Of a stretch of 50,906 nt of DNA, positions 37,976-44,139 are shown one piece after another (the stretch's first letter is position 1; each line of letters begins with the position of its first letter). Position numbers and translations under genes: made by a program. This DNA comes from a virus (taxonomy: Duplodnaviria; Caudoviricetes): IMG/VR virus record IMGVR_UViG_3300005253_000221, positions 1 to 50,906 of that record. One strand, 5' to 3'. Below the pieces are notes generated by a model. The model had not been told where the DNA came from, ran no database searches, and saw nothing but the letters and a program-made list of their open reading frames with translations.

Positions 37976-38221
37976 GGGATACCAGTTTGAGCGGTTAGTC
38001 ACCGAGGAACTGGCCTTGACCAGGAAAACCTCTACGGTACGGCAGATAGGGGTTGATAGCCCACGAGGTAGGGTCATGATCCCGAGGACCTCGGATCTGC
38101 ACGGCCGAAAGGCCCACCCGAGCCTATACAAAATTGGGAAAAAATGGCCGGACGCGGGATAGCGCATTGGTGGGCGGGGTGAATAGGATCAGCACCGAAA
38201 ACCCTGCCCGCCCCATTTTTT
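37973..38221 (+). ncRNA. Putative structured RNA or leader ending in an intrinsic terminator
   Basis: Two tandem three-way junctions, a GGCC-GAAA-GGCC hairpin, then a 12-bp GC-rich stem (38169..38212) and T6. Confidence 0.55.
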
Positions 38222-38235
38222 GAAGGGGGAACCAA

Positions 38236-38556
38236 ATGACTGATCACGAGAGGGTGAACCAGAGAGTTGAAGATGCGAATGCTCTGGTAGAAGCCAAGAA
38301 ATTGGTCCACGGGGTTGCGACACACAACGTAAATTTAGGGCCAGAACCCAATACGCCTTTGGGGGATCTCCTGGCGCGTGTGAATATAGAGATCGATCTG
38401 GCGCTGATCCGAATGGTCGGAATGACATCTGGAAAGATCAGGAGGAAACGACATGATCATAAGCGCAATGCTCTACGACCTGATGGACGCCACGACTGGG
38501 GATCTTCTTCTTGGGAACCGAGAACTTGGACAATACGAACGTATCGAGATAAGTGA
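38236..38556 (+). CDS. Hypothetical protein
   Basis: 106 aa with AGGGGG RBS; 3' end overlaps the next ORF. Confidence 0.5.
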   Translation: MTDHERVNQRVEDANALVEAKKLVHGVATHNVNLGPEPNTPLGDLLARVNIEIDLALIRMVGMTSGKIRRKRHDHKRNALRPDGRHDWGSSSWEPRTWTIRTYRDK

Positions 38557-38671
38557 CCGGATGCGAAGAGACATCATCATTCTGTGCACCAAGGAAAACC
38601 TGTCTGATGTCAAGCTGTTCTATGAAAAGTGTGCCGAGCGATATAAAATTCATCTGGAGGCCGTGACATGA
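38453..38671 (+). CDS. Hypothetical protein
   Basis: 72 aa with AGGAGG RBS. Confidence 0.6.
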   Translation: MIISAMLYDLMDATTGDLLLGNRELGQYERIEISDRMRRDIIILCTKENLSDVKLFYEKCAERYKIHLEAVT

Positions 38672-38835
38672 ATAGGAGACAGCTGCTTAAAACGATCTGC
38701 GCGGCTCCACTCATCGGGTTAGTAAAGCCGAAAGACATCATCGAGCCAGTGAAATGGGTTAAGTATTCAACGCCGTGTGATACCACGAGCAATGTTGGTA
38801 TAGAGTGGTTTAGGTACGATATGGGCATCATCTAG
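38668..38835 (+). CDS. Small protein with twin-arginine (Tat)-like signal
   Basis: 55 aa MNRRQLLKTICAAPLIGLV...; ATGA-coupled. Confidence 0.55.
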   Translation: MNRRQLLKTICAAPLIGLVKPKDIIEPVKWVKYSTPCDTTSNVGIEWFRYDMGII

Positions 38836-38847
38836 GAAGGTGGAGAA

Positions 38848-39006
38848 ATGACAGACCAAGAACTCATAGACAACGGCACGATATGCCGCATAACTCAACA
38901 TTACTGGGCAACAGGTGACGGGAAGCACTATCATTGTGACCCATATCGGTATTGCATGACCTGTGGCCTTGTCGAAGAGCAGACCTGGACCAAGGTGGCC
39001 AGATGA
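38848..39006 (+). CDS. Small Cys/His protein
   Basis: 52 aa with GGAG RBS and CMTC; ATGA-coupled to the ligase gene. Confidence 0.55.
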   Translation: MTDQELIDNGTICRITQHYWATGDGKHYHCDPYRYCMTCGLVEEQTWTKVAR

Positions 39007-39539
39007 TCGAGTTCCAAAAGTTTCCAAAGATACCCAGATACAAGCGCACTGTCATCGTGACCGAGAAGATCGACGGCACCAATGCGCAGATTTTTATCGG
39101 CGAGGATGGCCAAATTCTGATCGGTAGCCGGAATCGGTGGATTTCAACAGAAGATGATAATTATGGATTCGCAGATTGGGTCCGTGGACACGAATATGAA
39201 CTTCTGAAGCTCGGACCTGGTCGCCACTTCGGCGAATGGTGGGGCAGCGGAATTCAGCGCGGTTATGGCCTCGACCACAAGCGCTTCAGCCTGTTCAACG
39301 TAGGCCGGTGGAAAGAGCCCGCTACCCTACCCGAGCGCGTACATGTCGTTCCGATCTTGTGGCAGGGACAGGTTGAAGATCTGAATGTCCCCCACCTTAT
39401 GGCGAAATTGAAACTGGGCGGCAGTTGGGCAGCACCCGGGTTCTATAATCCAGAGGGAATCGTCGTCTATCACACTGCGGCGAAGCAGTGCTTCAAAGTG
39501 ACATATGACCACGACGAAAAAGGGAAAGAAAGCCTATGA
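39003..39539 (+). CDS. RNA ligase (Rnl2-like nucleotidyltransferase domain)
   Basis: FPKIPR, motif I EKIDGTN, SRNR, GEWWG, FSLFN, motif IV EGIVV and FK; 178 aa. Confidence 0.85.
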   Translation: MIEFQKFPKIPRYKRTVIVTEKIDGTNAQIFIGEDGQILIGSRNRWISTEDDNYGFADWVRGHEYELLKLGPGRHFGEWWGSGIQRGYGLDHKRFSLFNVGRWKEPATLPERVHVVPILWQGQVEDLNVPHLMAKLKLGGSWAAPGFYNPEGIVVYHTAAKQCFKVTYDHDEKGKESL

Positions 39540-39715
39540 CTGGGGAGGAGTTCGAGTACAAATCAGGCGCTTATTTAAAACAACATAGGGTGACGGAATT
39601 CCCCGGGACACAACGGAGCACGTCTGACCGACCTCCAGTGACCCAAAGCCCTATGTACACGGAGGGAAACCATGGATGCAGAATTCAAGGAACTTCTTAA
39701 TGTAGGTGGAAAGGC

Positions 39716-39955
39716 ATGATTATGCCAGAAGACAGAGGCTGGATATCACAGCGTCTCAAGATTGATCGAGATCGTTTGATTCACAACACTCTCATACGTA
39801 TGGGCGATATTGACGGTATGGGGCAGTGGAATGGGACCGATGATCCCCGATTTATAACGTACGCCAAGAACCGATACGGATACTGGGGCTATATCATGAG
39901 ACTATGGCGCTCGCTGTTTGGCCGGAGGAACTTAGTATGGATCGAAAGGAAATAG
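39716..39955 (+). CDS. Hypothetical protein
   Basis: 79 aa. Confidence 0.5.
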   Translation: MIMPEDRGWISQRLKIDRDRLIHNTLIRMGDIDGMGQWNGTDDPRFITYAKNRYGYWGYIMRLWRSLFGRRNLVWIERK

Positions 39956-40117
39956 ATGTGCACGCAGATGAGGCGAATGAAGAGGGGTGTGGAGCCCGCG
40001 CGCAAGAATTTGTTATGGAAGCGTCGGTTGAATTTCTGGTTAAAGCAGTTAGAGACTGCGCACAGCGTTGTGTCGAAACAGGTGGCCCACTTGAAGGCGC
40101 AGATTGCAGGACTATAA
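39956..40117 (+). CDS. Small basic protein
   Basis: 53 aa MCTQMRRMKRG...AQIAGL with AAAGGA RBS; fits between neighbours without overlap. Confidence 0.45.
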   Translation: MCTQMRRMKRGVEPARKNLLWKRRLNFWLKQLETAHSVVSKQVAHLKAQIAGL

Positions 40118-40159
40118 CCACTGAACGATTCTTTGAACTTATCGAGAAAGGACTTACTC

Positions 40160-40501
40160 TTGAGACCATTGAGAAACAACGTGGCGTTGGTACTAGAAGA
40201 CGAGACACTGGACGGCAGCCTCGTACTGCCACAGAGGTACACGAAGAGCAACGACGCCATGAGAGTACTGCTTGTTGGTCCTGCGGTAAAGGACTTGGTC
40301 ATTGGCGACATTGTCCAGAAGCCCGCGATGATCAAGGCTGCTGAGAAGCGCAACGTCCTTGAAGACTTGACCGTGGAGATCAGCGGCGTTAAGTGTGTGA
40401 TCGTCGAAGATGAAGACGTACACTTCGTTCTGCGGGACTGCCTAGACGACTATGTCGAAGAGGCGGGCGATATCTCTAAATGTTTTGGTGGGGGCGACTA
40501 A
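40160..40501 (+). CDS. groES: Co-chaperonin GroES-like protein
   Basis: RPLRNNV...GSLVLP...VLLVGP..VKDLVIGDIV...IVEDEDV; TTG start with AAAGGA RBS. Confidence 0.75.
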   Translation: MRPLRNNVALVLEDETLDGSLVLPQRYTKSNDAMRVLLVGPAVKDLVIGDIVQKPAMIKAAEKRNVLEDLTVEISGVKCVIVEDEDVHFVLRDCLDDYVEEAGDISKCFGGGD

Positions 40502-40671
40502 TGGCCGGTAAATGGAAGTACGCCTTGTCCTGCCCGAAGTGCAGGTGGACTAAGGACTGCCACCCGCTTATGATCGACGGCGTGTTGTTGACCGACTTTG
40601 GAAAGATGCAATGCACGACGTGCATGTGCGTCTTGCATTGCGAGGCCAAAGAAGATAGAGGGGGCGACTAA
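40501..40671 (+). CDS. Small zinc-finger protein
   Basis: CPKC...CTTC; TAATG coupling at both ends. Confidence 0.6.
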   Translation: MAGKWKYALSCPKCRWTKDCHPLMIDGVLLTDFGKMQCTTCMCVLHCEAKEDRGGD

Positions 40672-40886
40672 TGGTGATATACAAGGGAAGACCGCTACAC
40701 GAGTTCTCCAGGTGGGAGCTATTGTCGTTTGCCGAGAATATGGCGTCTATGCATATGCTAAGGCAGGACATAGTAGACCGGCTGGAGGCAGATGGCATAG
40801 ACCTAGTGGCGGACGACGTTGATGAAAAAGCCTTTAAACATTTTTCAAAGAGCATTAAGTGCTTACGCTCTTTGAAAAGTGAATAG
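40671..40886 (+). CDS. Hypothetical protein
   Basis: 71 aa; 3' end lies in the tandem duplication. Confidence 0.55.
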   Translation: MVIYKGRPLHEFSRWELLSFAENMASMHMLRQDIVDRLEADGIDLVADDVDEKAFKHFSKSIKCLRSLKSE

Positions 40887-41063
40887 CCTGGGAGCCCATT
40901 GGCGACCCAGGTGCGCGGGAGTAGCTCAGTGGTAGAGCATCACGTAAGCCTTTAAACATTTTTCAAAGAGCATTAAGTGCTTACGCTCTTTGAAAAGTGA
41001 ATAGCCTGGGAGCCCGTTGGCGACCCAGGTGCGCGGGAGTAGCTCAGTGGTAGAGTATCACGT
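40828..41063 (+). repeat. 118-bp tandem duplication (40828..40945 and 40946..41063), 2 mismatches
   Basis: Each unit has a TTTTCAAAGAGC/GCTCTTTGAAAA hairpin, a CCTGGG/CCCAGG hairpin and the 5' half of tRNA-Gly. Confidence 0.95.
40915..40945 (+). pseudogene. 5' half of tRNA-Gly
   Basis: GCGGGAGTAGCTCAGTGGTAGAGCATCACGT, truncated in the anticodon loop. Confidence 0.85.
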
Positions 41064-41104
41064 TGCCAACGTGATTGTCGCCGGTTCGAGTCCGGCCTCC
41101 CGCT
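41033..41104 (+). tRNA. tRNA-Gly(GCC)
   Basis: GCGGGAG/CTCCCGC acceptor, TCACG-TTGCCAA-CGTGA anticodon arm, TTCGAGT T-loop, U73; CCA not encoded. Confidence 0.95.
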
Positions 41105-41108
41105 TTAT

Positions 41109-41231
41109 GCGGGTTCATCTTGTGGTGTATTCGGTAGCACACGCGCCTTCGCGGGACCTGGGCTCGAAACCCAGGCAAGGTTAAGAGCAAGCATGGTCGT
41201 GCAGCCCACGGTGAGTTTGTGCAGAACCCGT
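41109..41231 (+). ncRNA. tRNA-like RNA 1 (shrunken anticodon arm, extra 3' hairpin, outer closing stem)
   Basis: D arm GTGT-ATTCGGTA-GCAC, mini arm CGCG-CCTT-CGCG, T arm CTGGG-CTCGAAA-CCCAG, acceptor-like ATCTTG/CAAGGT, all enclosed by GCGGGTTC/GAACCCGT. Confidence 0.65.
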
Positions 41232-41235
41232 TTTT

Positions 41236-41315
41236 GGTGAAGTAGCTCAGTCCGGCAGAGCACAGGGGAACGTCGAGAGGCGCCCTGGTCGCTGGTTCGA
41301 CTCCAGCCTTCACCC
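41236..41315 (+). ncRNA. tRNA-like RNA 2 (anticodon loop replaced by a GNRA-capped helix)
   Basis: Perfect GGTGAAG/CTTCACC acceptor, D arm, and GCTGG-TTCGACT-CCAGC T arm; anticodon arm reads CAGGG-GAA-CGTC-GAGA-GGCG-CCCTG. Confidence 0.8.
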
Positions 41316-41317
41316 TT

Positions 41318-41389
41318 GGACCGGTCGTCTAACGGTTAGGATGCGCGCCTCTCAAGCGCGCGATGGGAGTTCAATTCTCCCCCGGTTCA
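41318..41389 (+). tRNA. tRNA-Glu(CTC)
   Basis: GGACCGG/CCGGTTC acceptor, CGCGC-CTCTCAA-GCGCG anticodon arm, GGGAG-TTCAATT-CTCCC T arm. Confidence 0.92.
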
Positions 41390-41391
41390 TA

Positions 41392-41417
41392 CGTGGGTTC
41401 GATTCCCACCGTCGTCT
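41392..41417 (+). pseudogene. 3' tRNA remnant (T arm plus acceptor strand)
   Basis: GTGGG-TTCGATT-CCCAC-CGTCGTC with no 5' half. Confidence 0.7.
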
Positions 41418-41421
41418 TTAC

Positions 41422-41493
41422 AGACCCATCTTCTAACGGTTAGGATACTAGGTTTTCACCCTGGTGACGGGAGTTCAATTCTCCCTGGGTCTA
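41422..41493 (+). tRNA. tRNA-Glu(TTC)
   Basis: AGACCCA/TGGGTCT acceptor, CTAGG-TTTTCAC-CCTGG anticodon arm. Confidence 0.92.
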
Positions 41494-41495
41494 TT

Positions 41496-41570
41496 GTGGC
41501 CATAGTGTAATTGGCAGCACGGCAGGTTGTGATCCTGTCGGTGTGGGTTCAAGTCCCACTGGTCACCCCA
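41496..41570 (+). tRNA. tRNA-His(GTG)
   Basis: GTGGCCA/TGGTCAC acceptor, GCAGG-TTGTGAT-CCTGT anticodon arm, C73, encoded CCA; T at position -1. Confidence 0.93.
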
Positions 41571-41682
41571 TTTCGTAGAGGAACTGTTGTAGCACTGCGG
41601 CGCTAAAAGCTACGGCAATCAGAGCGATAATCTGTCCTTCTGCCGTAGCCAGGCGGCCCATTTTTCGTTTCGGGGGTGCGCA

Positions 41683-41952
41683 ATGTCACGGTCTTTTAAG
41701 AAGTTCTGCTTCTTCACCATATCCAAACCATGGTATCGCTCCAACGAGAAAGCACTGCGCCGTAAGGTAAAGCAGGCATGCCACGAGGTAGAGATTGACT
41801 TCGATCCCGACCAGGACTGGATAGACCTGCAGGCCACACACAAGGAGGGAGCCGATTGGGGAACCAAGTATGGGTATCCTGTGAAACCAAATCCCGATGA
41901 CTCAGTATGGGGCGATGACTATAACTGGTACACGAAAGGATTGAGGAAGTAA
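41683..41952 (+). CDS. Hypothetical protein (basic N-terminus)
   Basis: 89 aa MSRSFKK...LRRKVKQ. Confidence 0.65.
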   Translation: MSRSFKKFCFFTISKPWYRSNEKALRRKVKQACHEVEIDFDPDQDWIDLQATHKEGADWGTKYGYPVKPNPDDSVWGDDYNWYTKGLRK

Positions 41953-41953
41953 C

Positions 41954-42439
41954 ATGGGATTCTGGGCGAGGATGTTCGAGTTAGTATCTCAGCTCAAGTG
42001 GGCTGAGTCCACGCACCATAACGAAGCAGCTGTTAGACTTAGGTTCGGTAGGTATACCGCGACGTTGGAGCCCGGGTTACACTGGCGCGTGCCCTTTGTC
42101 CACACAATAATTACGTGCGTCAAGAAAGAGAATACCGTGTACCTCCCCACTCAGGTCATCAACGGTACAGCATTTGCCGCTGTATTCCGCTATGAAGTGG
42201 AGGACGCGTTTCTGGCGTTGCTGGAAACTGAGGACTACAACGAGTCCATAACGTCCTTCGCCATGGGTCAGCTGGGAGATCGTATGCTGATAGCAGATGA
42301 CGTGTCAACGGTTGAAATGATGAACGACATCTCTGAAGACGTGCGGTTGGAAGCCAAGGGGTGGGGGCTCCATCTCATTGAATTAAAATTAGCGACTTAC
42401 ACCGATGCTCGGGCGTTCCGGCTGTTGGGTGACGGGTAA
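41954..42439 (+). CDS. SPFH/band 7 domain protein
   Basis: AVRLRFGRY..TLEPGLHWRVPF, FRYEVED, GWGLHL. Confidence 0.8.
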   Translation: MGFWARMFELVSQLKWAESTHHNEAAVRLRFGRYTATLEPGLHWRVPFVHTIITCVKKENTVYLPTQVINGTAFAAVFRYEVEDAFLALLETEDYNESITSFAMGQLGDRMLIADDVSTVEMMNDISEDVRLEAKGWGLHLIELKLATYTDARAFRLLGDG

Positions 42440-42457
42440 ACTACCAGGAGAATAATC

Positions 42458-43672
42458 ATGCAAAGAGGAAGTTGGATACCACTAGAGGGTGAGATCACCG
42501 TAGCCCATGCTGCGCTTACGAATGCACAGCGCAAAGTGTCAGCTATTGGAAACGTGTTGGGGTCGACCAATTCCCTAACCGTTGACTTATCACATCGCAC
42601 CGAAGAGTTCCTGGAACTGCGCGCGTACGGTACAGGAATCGATGCCGACAGCAATATCCTTGAGGTATACGCTGCGCGCGGAGAGAATGATGACTATACT
42701 CACGTAGGTACTCTTACCTGCACTACAGGCACGATGGTCGTTCGCGGTGGATCTGATCTGTACATTGATACCTTTTCCTGGTCCGCCACCGACGATGCTT
42801 TTGAACTGTTCACCGTGAACGGCGGAAATAATGACGTTGCCAAGGCGTGGCTCAATACCAATGGTTATGACAGATTGTTGTTCGTTGTCTCGACCCTCGC
42901 CAGTACCGATTTTCGTATAGAGGTGGCCTTCGTTCATCGTATAGAGATGCCAGGTACCAGTGTCGAACTGGTGGGACAGGGAGTGTCCCTTGATACGATT
43001 ATTACTGAGCAGACGGCACAAGGTCTTTCGTTGGATTCTATGGTTACTGATCTGGCTGCTCTTGAGGTATTGGGGACAGTCACAAAGGCGGTGGAGGTGG
43101 TCGACGATTGGACCGCTGTTGCACAGAACACTATCGTGGAATCGTCAGAGATTGACGTGTCAGCTAACAAGTCTACCACATTGATGATTCAGGCGTTTCT
43201 CGATACTACGACCGTACAGGATGCGAATGGTGCAGATTTTATCATACAGGGATCGGCGGCGGCATCGGGAGATGAAGACTGGCACGACATTTCAACGGTT
43301 GCTGCTCAGCTCGTAGGAACCGCTACTACGGATCTGATTGAGGATAATCCGCTCGCGGCGGCTGCGACGTCGCTGACTCTAACGGGTCATGCGTTGACGG
43401 TGGAGGGCATATGGATCGGTATTGAAGACGGAACATTGGCGAATAGTGAGTTAATATTCGTGAAAAGTCAGAGCACGAACGCAGTTGTAGCACTTGACGG
43501 CACCACAAATTCGCACGCGCTGAATACCGCTGTGTTCAATGTCGCGCTTTCCCGTGTTGACAAGATTGACAATGACTCTTATCAGAGGCTGAGGGTGTTG
43601 TTCGACAACACGCAAGACCCAGATGGATCTTCGTTCAATTACAAATTGAGTGTGACAAAGCGGACCTTTTGA
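42458..43672 (+). CDS. Probable virion structural protein (two beta-rich domains)
   Basis: 404 aa, Thr/Asp/Val-rich, with AGGAG RBS. Confidence 0.5.
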   Translation: MQRGSWIPLEGEITVAHAALTNAQRKVSAIGNVLGSTNSLTVDLSHRTEEFLELRAYGTGIDADSNILEVYAARGENDDYTHVGTLTCTTGTMVVRGGSDLYIDTFSWSATDDAFELFTVNGGNNDVAKAWLNTNGYDRLLFVVSTLASTDFRIEVAFVHRIEMPGTSVELVGQGVSLDTIITEQTAQGLSLDSMVTDLAALEVLGTVTKAVEVVDDWTAVAQNTIVESSEIDVSANKSTTLMIQAFLDTTTVQDANGADFIIQGSAAASGDEDWHDISTVAAQLVGTATTDLIEDNPLAAAATSLTLTGHALTVEGIWIGIEDGTLANSELIFVKSQSTNAVVALDGTTNSHALNTAVFNVALSRVDKIDNDSYQRLRVLFDNTQDPDGSSFNYKLSVTKRTF

Positions 43673-44139
43673 TGTCTCCGAACAAAGAATTGATCGAGTT
43701 CCTACAGAAACAGGGCGACAGCATGCTCCCCCGTGGGTCAATATCCCATTGGGAGGCTCTCGCCCAGACTGTGTGGAAGAAGGCCCTGGGTTACGATGTC
43801 GTCGATAACGAGGGAAAGGTCGTTGAGTATGTTCCGCCTGACAAAGCGTCCATCGACAAGCTGTTCGATCACATGGTCGGAAAACCCAAGGCGGCGCCAC
43901 CCCCCAAGAAGAGCGACAAGAAGGCGGAGGCAGTTCCGTTACATAAACGAGTAGGGAGCGCCTTGACTGGTCACGTCAAGCAGAAGGAGGACAAGGATGC
44001 TGACGCTAGAGGAAAAGATCAAACCCGTTCTGAGGGCTCCCTTTCCAAACGTGTGCGAGATATGGCGATGCGAAGAAACAGGAATCGAAGTCCCGAAGGA
44101 CCCGATCAAGAATCTGGAGTTCAGACAGGATCTACTTGA
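43672..44139 (+). CDS. Putative terminase small subunit
   Basis: Directly upstream of TerL; KKALGY...PPDKASIDKLFDHMVGKP motif resembles small terminases. Confidence 0.55.
   Translation: MSPNKELIEFLQKQGDSMLPRGSISHWEALAQTVWKKALGYDVVDNEGKVVEYVPPDKASIDKLFDHMVGKPKAAPPPKKSDKKAEAVPLHKRVGSALTGHVKQKEDKDADARGKDQTRSEGSLSKRVRDMAMRRNRNRSPEGPDQESGVQTGST

Noticed and set aside
39904-40344. 146-aa ORF overlapping GroES
   Set aside because: It overlaps three better-fitting genes (39716..39955, 39956..40117 and GroES). It does have a possible RBS, so it is not fully excluded.
41236-41315. Intron-containing tRNA, tmRNA or selenocysteine tRNA
   Set aside because: No U33 or anticodon context, no G3-U70 or tag ORF, and no long variable arm or UCA anticodon.
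43997-44139. TerS/TerL 143-bp overlap as a programmed frameshift
   Set aside because: TerL has its own strong RBS (AAGGAGG) and I see no clear slippery site.
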